Assembly (NCBI GenBank): GCA_031416315.1 | Contig: JANOTL010000222.1 | Span: 1 to 30,046 of the forward strand | Length of the DNA: 30,046 nucleotides | Source: Pseudomonadota bacterium | GTDB lineage: Bacteria > Bdellovibrionota_B > Oligoflexia > Oligoflexales > CAIYRB01 | Reading direction: 5' to 3' | Shown here: positions 18,293 to 27,500 of the stretch, piece after piece | How positions within the stretch are numbered: position 1 is the stretch's first letter | Layout of the letters: each line of letters starts with the position of its first letter | Position numbers and translations under genes: made by a program | Notes under the pieces: generated by a model | Told to the model about the DNA's origin: nothing | Databases searched by the model: none | The model's input: only the letters and a program-made list of their open reading frames with translations

Positions 18293-20122
18293 ATGAGCCA
18301 TGACCCCGTGATCTCCGCGAAATCAGGCCTCGCCGGTTGGCGTCGCTCCCACACCGACGGCGAGCTCACCGCCGCGCACGCCGGCCAAACCGTCACCCTC
18401 ATGGGCTGGGTCCACCGGCGCCGCGATCATGGCAATTTGATCTTCCTCGACTTGCGCGACCGCTACGGCGTGACGCAGGTCGTGCTCGATCCGGCCGTCG
18501 ACGCGGCCGCCCACAAATCGGGCGAGGAGCTGCGCGCCGAGTTCTGCATCGCCGTCAAAGGCAAGGTGAGCAAGCGTCCGGACGGCATGATCAACCCGAA
18601 CCTCGTCACCGGCACGATCGAGATCCAGGTCACCGAGCTGAAAATCTTGAACCGCTCCGAGGTGCTGCCCTTCTCCGTGAATCAGGACGCCGACGTCGAG
18701 GCCTCTGAATCCCTGCGTCTGAAGTATCGCTACCTCGACATGCGGCGCCCCGCTATTAAGGATAAGATCCTCGGCCGGATCAAATTCGTCCGCTGCATGC
18801 GCAAGGCTCTGGAAAGACACAACTTCCTCGATATTGAGACGCCCTTTCTGTATAAATCGACGCCAGAGGGCGCGCGCGAGTTCCTGGTGCCGTCGCGCGT
18901 GCATCCCGGGCAGTTCTATGCCTTGCCGCAGAGCCCGCAGCTCTTCAAGCAGGTCCTGATGATCTCGGGCTTCGACCGCTACTACCAAGTGGTGAAGTGC
19001 TTCCGCGACGAGGACTTGCGCGCCGACCGGCAGCCGGAGTTCACGCAGATCGACATCGAGATGTCCTTCATCGAGCAGGAGCAGATCCTCGAGACGATGG
19101 AGGACGTGATCCTGTCGGCCGTCGCCGAGTTCCGCGACGAGCCGCGCCAGCCGAAGATCGAGCGCCGCACCTTCGCCGAGGTGATGGAGGACTACGGCGT
19201 CGACAAGCCCGACCTGCGCTTCGGCCTCAAGCTGAAGAACCTCACGGACGTCGTGGCGAGCTGCGGCTTCAAGGTCTTCGCCGAGGCGGTGAGCACCGGC
19301 GGCATCGTCAACGCCATGGTGATCCCCGGCGGCGAATCTTGGACCCGCAAAGAGATCGACGACCTCACCGAGGTCGCGAAGACGATCGGCATGAAGGGCT
19401 TGGCATGGGCGAAGAAAAAGGCGGGCAAAGGCCAAGAGTCCTGGCAGGCTTCGATCGGCAAGTTTTTGGACGACAAGACGATCGACGCGATCAACGCGCG
19501 CGCGGAGGTCAAGGACGGCGACCTTATCCTTTTCGGCGCCGGTCCTTACGAGCAGACCAAGGCGCAGCTCGGCGCCTTGCGCAACCATCTCGGCGCCAAG
19601 TTGAAGCTCTTCGATTCCTCGGTCATGAAGTTTCTCTGGGTGATCGACTTCCCGCTCCTGGAGAAGGACGTCGAGAATAACCGCTGGATCGCGCGCCATC
19701 ACCCGTTCACCAGTCCGCTCCCGGCCGACCTGCACCTGATCGACAGCGATCCCGGCAAGGTGCGCGCCGCCGCGTACGACCTCGTGCTCAACGGTTACGA
19801 GGTCGCGGGCGGCTCGGTGCGCATCCACGATCCGGCCGTGCAGATGGAGCAGTTCCGCCGCTTGGGGCTCACGGAAGAGGACGCGAAGTTCAAGTTCGGC
19901 TTCCTTCTCGAAGCCTTGCAGTTTGGCGCGCCGCCGCACGGCGGCATGGCCTTCGGCCTCGACCGGCTCGTCATGTGCCTCTTGGGCACCGACGCGATCC
20001 GGGACGTGATCCCCTTCCCCAAAACGCAGAAGGCGACTTGCCTCATGACGGACTCTCCGGCAAAAGTACCGCCAGAGAACCTTCGTGATCTGCACATCAG
20101 GGTCCAACTTCCGGCCCTGTAA
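18293..20122 (+). CDS. aspS: Aspartate--tRNA ligase (probably non-discriminating Asp/Asn type)
   Basis: GWVHRRRDHG, RLKYRYLD, STPEGAREF, LPQSPQLFKQ, FRDEDLRADRQPEFTQ, HHPFT, GAPPHGG. RBS GAGGA before ATG 18293. Confidence 0.97.
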   Translation: MSHDPVISAKSGLAGWRRSHTDGELTAAHAGQTVTLMGWVHRRRDHGNLIFLDLRDRYGVTQVVLDPAVDAAAHKSGEELRAEFCIAVKGKVSKRPDGMINPNLVTGTIEIQVTELKILNRSEVLPFSVNQDADVEASESLRLKYRYLDMRRPAIKDKILGRIKFVRCMRKALERHNFLDIETPFLYKSTPEGAREFLVPSRVHPGQFYALPQSPQLFKQVLMISGFDRYYQVVKCFRDEDLRADRQPEFTQIDIEMSFIEQEQILETMEDVILSAVAEFRDEPRQPKIERRTFAEVMEDYGVDKPDLRFGLKLKNLTDVVASCGFKVFAEAVSTGGIVNAMVIPGGESWTRKEIDDLTEVAKTIGMKGLAWAKKKAGKGQESWQASIGKFLDDKTIDAINARAEVKDGDLILFGAGPYEQTKAQLGALRNHLGAKLKLFDSSVMKFLWVIDFPLLEKDVENNRWIARHHPFTSPLPADLHLIDSDPGKVRAAAYDLVLNGYEVAGGSVRIHDPAVQMEQFRRLGLTEEDAKFKFGFLLEALQFGAPPHGGMAFGLDRLVMCLLGTDAIRDVIPFPKTQKATCLMTDSPAKVPPENLRDLHIRVQLPAL

Positions 20123-20131
20123 GGGGCCATA

Positions 20132-21073
20132 ATGTCCGAACATAGCAGGGAATTCTGGATGTCGCTGGCGATGGGCCCGAAGCTTCGGGCCTACCTGGCG
20201 CTGCCGGAGCCCGAGACCTTTCGCGAGCGCGACCCGGCCACCGACTCGGAGTTCACCGAGTGGCTCGTCGGATTCGCCCGCGCCAAGGGGTTCGAAGACG
20301 ACGACACGCTCGGCGACGTCATCGACGAGCTGGTGGCGATGGACCTGCCCCGCGCGGCCCTCGGGCTGGCGGCCGCTTTCCCGCAACTCGTTGGCGAGCG
20401 CGACTTTCGGGCGCAGCTCTCGCTCGGCGTGGCGGCGATGCTCGCCGGCGACGAGGAGGAGGCCGAAGCCCGCCTCGTATTGGCGCAGCGGGTGCTTCCG
20501 GACGAGCCGGCGCCTTACGTGAACCTCGTCCAGGTCTTGGCGCGTCAGGAGCGCTTCGACGAGGCCTTGGTCTGGTGCAACGCGGGCTTGGACGCCGACC
20601 GCAACAACAAGCGCCTCTGGGAATACATGGCGCGGCTCCTCGAACGCCAGCACGGATCCTACGTGGGCGACGAGCTGACACGCGTCGCGGAGAAGCGCGA
20701 CGCCTGGGCCGGCCTCGCCTTCGCCGCCAAGCTGACCGCGAGCGGGGACCGCTATCACGCCGTGCACCTCCTCGAGCGCCTGTATTTTCAGGGCGAGCGC
20801 GAGCCCGAGTTCCTGATCGAGCTGACCGCGGCGCTCGGCGTCGCCGGCGAATACGAAAGGATCCCGACCATCGTCTGGCAGGCGGAACGCTTGGCGCAGA
20901 AGGGGTTGCCGTGGCAGCTGCAAGTCCACGCCGCGCAGGCGCAGCTGGCGCTCGGCCATGTTTCCGAGGCTCGCGTGCACTTGGAGAAGGCGAAGCAGGT
21001 GCCGCACCTCACGCGCGAAGCGCGCGAGATGCTCGCCGAGCTCGAAAAAGAAGCGGACGAGTCGCCACAGTAA
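20132..21073 (+). CDS. Tetratricopeptide-repeat (TPR-like) protein
   Basis: Repeated helical patterns (LGVAAMLAGD.EEAEARL, YVNLVQVLARQERFDEAL, LALGHVSEARVHLEKA); starts 9 nt after aspS. Confidence 0.75.
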   Translation: MSEHSREFWMSLAMGPKLRAYLALPEPETFRERDPATDSEFTEWLVGFARAKGFEDDDTLGDVIDELVAMDLPRAALGLAAAFPQLVGERDFRAQLSLGVAAMLAGDEEEAEARLVLAQRVLPDEPAPYVNLVQVLARQERFDEALVWCNAGLDADRNNKRLWEYMARLLERQHGSYVGDELTRVAEKRDAWAGLAFAAKLTASGDRYHAVHLLERLYFQGEREPEFLIELTAALGVAGEYERIPTIVWQAERLAQKGLPWQLQVHAAQAQLALGHVSEARVHLEKAKQVPHLTREAREMLAELEKEADESPQ

Positions 21074-21133
21074 GTCTTTCAGTCTCTTCGTTTTTTTGAC
21101 ATCATTTGCGCGAACCCCAAGCGGAGCTCGCGC

Positions 21134-21514
21134 ATGCAGAAACACCCGGTCGAGACCTCCTCGGCGCCGGCCGCCATCGGCCCGTACTCGCAAGCCGTCA
21201 AGGTCGGAGACCTCGTGTTCGTCTCCGGCCAGATCCCGCTCGATCCGAAGACCGGCCAGATCGTCACCGGCTCGATCGAAGTCGAGACCGATCGCGTCCT
21301 GAAGAACCTCGACGCCATCTTGAAGGCGGCGGGCTCGAGCCCGGCCCAAGTCGTGCGCACGACGATCTACCTCCGCGACATGGGACAGTTCGCGCGTGTG
21401 AACGAGGTGTACGGCAAATATTTCCCGGCGCCCTATCCCGCACGTGCGACAGTGGAAGTGTCACGCCTCCCCAAGGACGTGAACGTCGAGATCGACTGCA
21501 TCGCCGCGCTTTAG
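21134..21514 (+). CDS. ridA: RidA/YjgF family enamine/imine deaminase
   Basis: APAAIGPYSQA, VSGQIP, NEVYGKYF, PARATVEVSRLPKDVNVEID. Confidence 0.93.
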   Translation: MQKHPVETSSAPAAIGPYSQAVKVGDLVFVSGQIPLDPKTGQIVTGSIEVETDRVLKNLDAILKAAGSSPAQVVRTTIYLRDMGQFARVNEVYGKYFPAPYPARATVEVSRLPKDVNVEIDCIAAL

Positions 21515-21619
21515 GTTTTTCAAAAAGGACCGATGCAAACTTCGGGCCCTTCGAGTAGCAGCCCTAAAAACCCTGTGTTACCATTGAAGTATAGAGTCAC
21601 TTGAAACGCGGAAATTCCC

Positions 21620-22108
21620 TTGCTGCCTAAGCTCACCAAGCTCGCTCGTTCGCGCAAGAAGATCCCGCTCTTGCACGTCCTGCTCGCCGCCGTCGCACTC
21701 GCGACGTTGACGGTGACCGCGACGCGCATCTCGACGGCCGGATTCACTAGCGAAGAACTCAAGACGCACGTCGAGATCGACGGCGTAAATTACGGAACCT
21801 TCGATCACGTTGAAGGACTGGACGAGCTCGCGCAAGACGCGACGCACGCCGCATTCCGCAAGGTGACCTTGAAGCGTGACTTCGTCACCGATCCTTCGCT
21901 CTACCTCTGGGCGAAGAACATCATGCACGGTCGCTCGGATCTGAAAGACGTGCACCTCGTGATGGCGAATCGCGAAGGCGAAGAAGTGTCGCGCTACGTT
22001 CTGCGCTTCTGCCAGCCGCTCTCGTGGTCGGTCGAAGCAGCCAACCCTGCGCTAGGCGGTTTCCATGAAAAGATCGATCTCGCAGTTCAAGAAATTCTCG
22101 GTCTCTGA
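21620..22108 (+). CDS. Phage/eCIS tail tube (T4 gp19/Afp1-like) homologue with an N-terminal signal peptide or membrane anchor
   Basis: VEIDG...F..VEGL, VTLKR, LYLW, V.LVM.N.EG.EV.RY.L..CQP.SW, E.IDLA follow the gp19-family motif order. The basic plus hydrophobic N-terminus starts at TTG 21620. Confidence 0.75.
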   Translation: MLPKLTKLARSRKKIPLLHVLLAAVALATLTVTATRISTAGFTSEELKTHVEIDGVNYGTFDHVEGLDELAQDATHAAFRKVTLKRDFVTDPSLYLWAKNIMHGRSDLKDVHLVMANREGEEVSRYVLRFCQPLSWSVEAANPALGGFHEKIDLAVQEILGL

Positions 22109-23612
22109 AACTGCCGGTCGATTCCGCCGCTCCTGGCTCGCGCCGCTCGCCGCTCTCACCGCGGCGAGCGGCATCGTGGCCATCGCTTCGAGCTGCCAGA
22201 TGCAGACGACCGACGGCGCGGCCGCTCTAGGTCCCGACCTAAACAGAAGTAGTTTGGTGACGCCGCCGAGCGACGCTAAACAAAGTACTCCTAGTGAAGA
22301 GGCCGCGACGGCGCCCGCCGGAAACGGCTGGTTCATCGCGAAATCCGAGCAGGTCTTCGCGCGGGCGGAGGCGGGCGGCAAGACGCTCTTCGAGGTCTCG
22401 GCGGGCGATTGCTCTGACGTCACGGCGGACGCGCAGGTGCGCTTCGTGCTGCAGTCGCCGTTCGCTCTGCACCGCGCCAACGCCGTCGTGCATTCGACCG
22501 GCACGACAGATCTCGTCACCGTCGAGATCGACGGCGAGCGCACGCAGTTCTCCGGCGACGCCGGCGATCGCGCGATGCTGAGGCAGCTGGCATGCGCCGC
22601 CGTCGTGACGCCGCCCGCCGCGAGCGAGGTTCCGACCTTCGAGGTGACGCCGCGCCTCGCGCATGCCGTGCGCGACTGGGCGCGCTTCACCGCGCCCGAT
22701 TGCGACGTCGACGTCGCCGAAAGCGGCGGCTTCACGTGCAAGCTCCCGCAAGCCGACGCGCAGCTCGCGCGCGAAGAGCTGGTCGGCATCCGCGGCGCGA
22801 TGATCCGCGGCTGGACGCGGCAGCCGTATCTGCTCGCGCGCCGCGTCGCCGTCGGCATCGAGGTCGCCGACGCGCTCAACCCGCGGGACGGACGCACGAC
22901 GAAGCAGAAGCTCGACACGCTGTGCAAGATCATCCGCGCGTCGCTCGCCGCCGAGCTGCCGATGACTTTGACGAGCCGCCGCTGGCAGTCCGCCGCCTGC
23001 GAGGGCGACGAAGCCTCGCGCCGCGTCGCCGCCGCCGTCGGCCTCGCGAAAACCGTCGCCGAGATCGACTTCCTCCGCCAGCTTTTCGAACGCACGAGCC
23101 GGCTCGGCTCCCTCGTCGTCAGGCTGCCTACGCCGCACGCCTCGGACGACCGCTTCCTCGTCACGCTCGAGCCTGGGCAAGACGTCGTCGTCAAGCTGAC
23201 GCGGGAGACCGAGCGTATCGCCTTCGGCGAAGTGCAGGGCCCCGAGCTCTCGCGCGCATGTTGGCATCCGCTCTACGGCGAGGACCGCGCGCTCCTCGCC
23301 CTCGGCCGGCGCCTGGCGATCTCCGGCGAAGTGACCAACGTGCAGTGCGCCGGGACGACCGAGGCGACCGACGCGACCCAGCGCTACATCGCCGAGAGCC
23401 TCGCGAGCGAGACCGAGTTCGTGCTGCAGAACGGCCGCTCGAAGACCTTGCGCCTACCTACGGGCAGCTACGGCTACACGATCCGAGCCTTGCCGAAAGG
23501 CAACGTCGAGGAGGCCGATGACTATGACGACGCGGTGCAATCCGCCGCGTCCAGCAAAGGCCGCATTACTTGGGACGACAAGCGACCGCGGCCGTTCATC
23601 TCCGTCTGGTGA
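22065..23612 (+). CDS. Hypothetical lipoprotein with 8 further cysteines
   Basis: Long ORF with GC3-rich codons; RRSWLAPLAALTAASGIVAIASSC lipobox-like signal; overlaps the tube gene by 44 nt. Confidence 0.75.
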   Translation: MKRSISQFKKFSVSETAGRFRRSWLAPLAALTAASGIVAIASSCQMQTTDGAAALGPDLNRSSLVTPPSDAKQSTPSEEAATAPAGNGWFIAKSEQVFARAEAGGKTLFEVSAGDCSDVTADAQVRFVLQSPFALHRANAVVHSTGTTDLVTVEIDGERTQFSGDAGDRAMLRQLACAAVVTPPAASEVPTFEVTPRLAHAVRDWARFTAPDCDVDVAESGGFTCKLPQADAQLAREELVGIRGAMIRGWTRQPYLLARRVAVGIEVADALNPRDGRTTKQKLDTLCKIIRASLAAELPMTLTSRRWQSAACEGDEASRRVAAAVGLAKTVAEIDFLRQLFERTSRLGSLVVRLPTPHASDDRFLVTLEPGQDVVVKLTRETERIAFGEVQGPELSRACWHPLYGEDRALLALGRRLAISGEVTNVQCAGTTEATDATQRYIAESLASETEFVLQNGRSKTLRLPTGSYGYTIRALPKGNVEEADDYDDAVQSAASSKGRITWDDKRPRPFISVW

Positions 23613-23711
23613 AGCGGCCGCGGCCGAGGCTCGGCAATCTGAACATCGGCGCCTGGGCTTTCGCGACCTTCGCGCTGGTGGTAAACCGGTCCCTCGTGAA
23701 GGGGATCCTCG

Positions 23712-24314
23712 ATGCGCGGCTCCGACATTGACCATCTTCGCTGGCTCGCGCGCTTCGGCCTAGGCGCCTGGAAGGACCAGCGCGTTCTGGATCTCGGCTG
23801 CGGCTCGGGCGAGCTCTGCCGGCTGGCGGCCGAAGGTGGCGCGCGCGCCGTCGTCGGCGTCGACCTCGAGCCGCCCAGCGCCGCGCCGATCCATTGGCGA
23901 TTCATGACGGTCGACCTCGAGGGGGACACATGGCCCGCGGACCTGGCGCCGCAGTTCCCGGACGCGCGCGTCGACCGCATCTTGGCCTTCGACATCCTCG
24001 AGCACCTCACCGCGCCGGCGCGCTTTCTCGCAGCCTGCGCCGGGCTCTTGGCGCCGGGCGGAAGCCTCGTCCTGACGACGCCGAACACCGCCTCTTGGGA
24101 GCGCCTCGCTCGCGGCGCGCGATGGTCCGGTGCGACGGATCCCCAGCACAAAGTCCTCTTCAGTCCGTACAGCCTGCGTTTCTTGCTGGAGCGTAGCGGG
24201 TTTCATACGGTCGCATTGACGGCACGGATGCGCGCTTTAGAAGCACTTGGCCCCTTGTCGCCTCCGATCGGGGCGCAGATCTGTGCGCATGCGCGTCCGA
24301 TCCCCCTCACGTAA
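23712..24314 (+). CDS. Class I SAM-dependent methyltransferase
   Basis: VLDLGCGSG, VGVD, DILEHL, LAPGGSLVLTTPN; RBS AAGGGG. Confidence 0.88.
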   Translation: MRGSDIDHLRWLARFGLGAWKDQRVLDLGCGSGELCRLAAEGGARAVVGVDLEPPSAAPIHWRFMTVDLEGDTWPADLAPQFPDARVDRILAFDILEHLTAPARFLAACAGLLAPGGSLVLTTPNTASWERLARGARWSGATDPQHKVLFSPYSLRFLLERSGFHTVALTARMRALEALGPLSPPIGAQICAHARPIPLT

Positions 24315-24478
24315 CGAGGGCTTACGACGCGCGCACGGCGCGTGCACGGATCTTTTCACCGGCTTCACATTCGAGTTCGTCGCTGCCCCGCCTTCTGTTA
24401 AAGTCGCTCCAACTTTTCACGGCTTTACCATCTCGCAGCAATTGATTTTTCCGAACCCGATTAGGGAAGGGGGCATCC

Positions 24479-27472
24479 ATGAAGAAAGCGGCAGTCTCAG
24501 CCATCGTGCTGGGCGCAACGCTCGGTCTCGCGTCGACCGCGGCGCTGGCCAAAGTCAGCGTCGTCCAACGCGGCGACACCACCGACATGCGCTTCACCGT
24601 CGACGACGTGAAGTTCGAGTCGGCGCAGGGCCTGAAAGCGGCAGGCGTCGAGTTCAAGCGCGCGAAGCTCCAGGGCGTCGCGGGCTATGAAGCGATTCAA
24701 TACGCCGTCGGCCAGCCGGAAGTGCCGGTCCTCCGTTTCTTCGCCGAAGGCGACGTCACGGTCTCGGTGGAAGGCACGCCGAAGAGCGGCGCCCTCGCGC
24801 CGAGCGTCAAGCTCGTCCCGAGCCAACCCTCGCGCGTGAAGCTCCCGGTCGCGCCCTTGCCGCTCGCGTTCGACAAGAACGCTTACGCGCAAAAGTCGAG
24901 CCTGAACAAAGCTGCGTTCTCGATCGAGAACGCCGGCTCGATCGACGGCGTCGCGCGCAAGCTGGTGACGCTTTATCCCCTCGCGTACTCCGCCGGTGAC
25001 GGCAAGTACCAGATCCGCTCGAGCTTCACCGTCAGCGTGAAACGCGCCAAGCGCGATCCCGAGAACGCCCGCCAGATCTTCGCCTTCGTGGTCGGCGAGC
25101 GTTTCGAGAACAGCGCCTCCCTGAACGACTACATCACGGTCAAAGAGGCCCTCGGCTTCGAGGTCCAAAAAATCGTGGTGCGCGCCGGCGATACGCCGGA
25201 GACGATCCGCGCCGCGCTGAAAGCGCTCTACGCGCGCACCGACGCGAAGCTCGCTCACGCGCTGCTCGTCGGCGACTCCGCCGACGTCCCGGGCAAAGAG
25301 TCCGCGCACATCGCGGGCGTGACCGACCACTACTACCGCGCCATCGACACCGACGACTACGAGTCCGACATCAACGGTCCGGACATCGGCGTCGGCCGCG
25401 TCGCCGTCGACAGCGACGAACAGCTCGAGGCCGTCCTCGCCAAGTTCAAACGCTACAACACGGGCGTCTTCTCCGACGAGCGCTGGCTCAACGGCGTCGC
25501 GTTCCTGGCGACCGACGACCGCCACGAAGTCGCCGAAGGCACGCACAACTACGTGATCGAGACGTACACGGCGCCGAAGGCGTACATGGGCGTCTTCCCG
25601 AACGCGGAGCAGCTCGGCGGCGACCAGCTCTACGCGATCACGCACCAAGTGACCGATCCGAAAGTGCTCGAGGTCATGAACCTCGGCCGCACCATCATCG
25701 ACTACTCGGGCCACGGCTCGAACTACGGCTGGCACGGGCCGACGATCACGCAGGACAACGTCCGTAGCTTGACCGACCCGAACGCCCTGCCCTTCGTCGT
25801 CGGCAACGCCTGCATCACCGGCGACTACCGCGTCGCCGAATCGTTCGCCGAGACTTGGCAGCGCCACCCGGCCGGCGCCATCGTCTATTGGGGCTCGATG
25901 GACTCGAGCTACTGGGACGAAGACGACTTCCTCGAGCGCGCGATGTTCGACCACATCTATCGCGACGGCGAGCTCAACTTCGCCGCGTTCACCGACTTCG
26001 CCCTCGGCGACGTGTGGCGTCAGTACGGCGGCGAAGGCCGGTCCAAGTACTACTGGGAGACCTACGTCCTCTTCGGCGATCCTTCCTTGGATCTCCGCAC
26101 GACGAAGACCCGCCGCATCGCGGTGGACGGCCCGGCCGCCCTCCCGATCGGCATCGGCTCGGTCGACTACACCGTCACCGACGCCGAAGGCCCCGTCGCC
26201 GGCGCGCGCGTCTCGCTCGCCAACGACCGCGGTGACTACAAGCTGGCCGGCGTCACCGACGCCGACGGCAAAGTCACCTTCGACATCGCCGCCGCGGCGC
26301 GCGACGTCGTCAACTTCAAGGTCTCCGTGACCGGCGCGAACACGGCAGCCAGCGAAAGCGAGCTCCGCATCGTGCCCTCCGACACGCCGTACCTCAGCTT
26401 GGCGTCTTTCGGCGTGAACGGTCGTAACGATACGAGCGTCTACCTCGCCGAAGTCGCCGCCCTCGGCTTCGCGGTCGCGAACGTCGGCCAACAGCCGACC
26501 TCCGGCGGTAAAGTCACGATCGACAGCGTCGAAGGTCCGGCCTCGATGCTGCGCGGCGAAGCAGAAGTTCCGGCAATGGCCGCCCGCTCCAACTTCCAGT
26601 ACGACGGCGACGAGCTCGCTCTCGCCGTGAACGCCGACGCGCAATCGGGCGCCGCGATCAAAGTGAAGTTGAAGTGGACGACCAACGAAGGCCAGACGAA
26701 CCTCGTCCCGGTCACCCTCCGCGTGCTCCGCGGCGTGCTCACCGTGGTGAAGACCGACTTCGGCGCCGCTGACGGCGAAGGCGGCATCCGTCCGGGTGAA
26801 GCCGGCGACGTGTACCTGACCGTGAAGAACACCGGTACGGAGACGATCGCTCGCGGCGCCCTCAGCGCCGTGGCCGGCGCCTGCGTCACCAGCGTCGACG
26901 GCGAGCTCGCGCTCGAGACCGTCCTTCCCGGCGCCTCGGTCCGTCTCGCGCAGCCGCTGCACGTGACGCTCGACTCCGCCTGCACGAACGGCGCGACGGC
27001 GAAAGTGGCCTTCAACGGCTTCTATCCCAGCGTCGCGACGCAGGTTGCCCTGGCCGCTGAAGCCAGCTTCCCGGCCGGCGTCGTCGCCGAAGCCAGCCGG
27101 GAGCTCGAGGGGCTCGCGCTCCCGATCGTCGACAACCTACCGACGGAAGTCGCGATCGAGACGGGCATCCAGGGCGTCGTCAAGGACGTCGGCCTTCAGG
27201 TGCGCCTCACGCACACCTACGTCGGCGATCTCTTGATCAAGCTGGTGCACGCCGACGGCACCGAAGTGGTCCTTTACGACCGCGCTGGCGGCGCCAGCGA
27301 CAACATCGACCTCATGTTCGGCCTCGGCGGCACCGCCGTCGCCGACCTCGCGAAGCTGACCGGCAAAGACGCCGGCGGCACCTGGAAGCTCGTGGTCGAG
27401 GACACCGCGTCGCAAGACCAAGGGACCCTCGAGTACGTGAAGCTCACGATCCGCGGCTACGTCGGTCGCTGA
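24479..27472 (+). CDS. Secreted C25-family (gingipain-like) cysteine peptidase with propeptide, Ig-like domains and a C-terminal proprotein convertase P-domain
   Basis: Signal peptide; GQPEVPV propeptide motif; LLVGD, TDHYY, PDIGVGRV, YSGHGS (His), GNACITG (Cys), FAETW, LFGDPSL; C-terminal THTYVGDL..L..ADGT...GTWKL.VED. Confidence 0.9.
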   Translation: MKKAAVSAIVLGATLGLASTAALAKVSVVQRGDTTDMRFTVDDVKFESAQGLKAAGVEFKRAKLQGVAGYEAIQYAVGQPEVPVLRFFAEGDVTVSVEGTPKSGALAPSVKLVPSQPSRVKLPVAPLPLAFDKNAYAQKSSLNKAAFSIENAGSIDGVARKLVTLYPLAYSAGDGKYQIRSSFTVSVKRAKRDPENARQIFAFVVGERFENSASLNDYITVKEALGFEVQKIVVRAGDTPETIRAALKALYARTDAKLAHALLVGDSADVPGKESAHIAGVTDHYYRAIDTDDYESDINGPDIGVGRVAVDSDEQLEAVLAKFKRYNTGVFSDERWLNGVAFLATDDRHEVAEGTHNYVIETYTAPKAYMGVFPNAEQLGGDQLYAITHQVTDPKVLEVMNLGRTIIDYSGHGSNYGWHGPTITQDNVRSLTDPNALPFVVGNACITGDYRVAESFAETWQRHPAGAIVYWGSMDSSYWDEDDFLERAMFDHIYRDGELNFAAFTDFALGDVWRQYGGEGRSKYYWETYVLFGDPSLDLRTTKTRRIAVDGPAALPIGIGSVDYTVTDAEGPVAGARVSLANDRGDYKLAGVTDADGKVTFDIAAAARDVVNFKVSVTGANTAASESELRIVPSDTPYLSLASFGVNGRNDTSVYLAEVAALGFAVANVGQQPTSGGKVTIDSVEGPASMLRGEAEVPAMAARSNFQYDGDELALAVNADAQSGAAIKVKLKWTTNEGQTNLVPVTLRVLRGVLTVVKTDFGAADGEGGIRPGEAGDVYLTVKNTGTETIARGALSAVAGACVTSVDGELALETVLPGASVRLAQPLHVTLDSACTNGATAKVAFNGFYPSVATQVALAAEASFPAGVVAEASRELEGLALPIVDNLPTEVAIETGIQGVVKDVGLQVRLTHTYVGDLLIKLVHADGTEVVLYDRAGGASDNIDLMFGLGGTAVADLAKLTGKDAGGTWKLVVEDTASQDQGTLEYVKLTIRGYVGR

Positions 27473-27500
27473 GACCCAGGTAACAGTTCGAAAGACTCCG

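Noticed and set aside
18323..21349. 1008-aa minus-strand ORF
   Set aside because: Antisense shadow of aspS, the TPR gene and ridA. Long stop-free antisense frames are expected with high GC3 bias, and it has no recognisable motifs.
21510..21536. Possible sigma28/FliA promoter (TTTA-N15-ACCGATGC) upstream of the tube gene
   Set aside because: Several mismatches to TAAA-N15-GCCGATAA; too weak to call without TSS data.
21620..23612. Prophage, tailocin, eCIS or T6SS locus
   Set aside because: No sheath, baseplate, spike/VgrG, capsid, integrase or lysis genes in the window; only a lone tube homologue.
23609..23731. 40-codon ORF (GTGA-coupled to the lipoprotein) suggesting a frameshifted methyltransferase N-terminus
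   Set aside because: The methyltransferase has its own RBS and ATG at 23712 and a complete motif I; nothing independent supports a frameshift or a peptide.
24497..26962. 821-aa minus-strand ORF
   Set aside because: Antisense shadow of the C25 peptidase.
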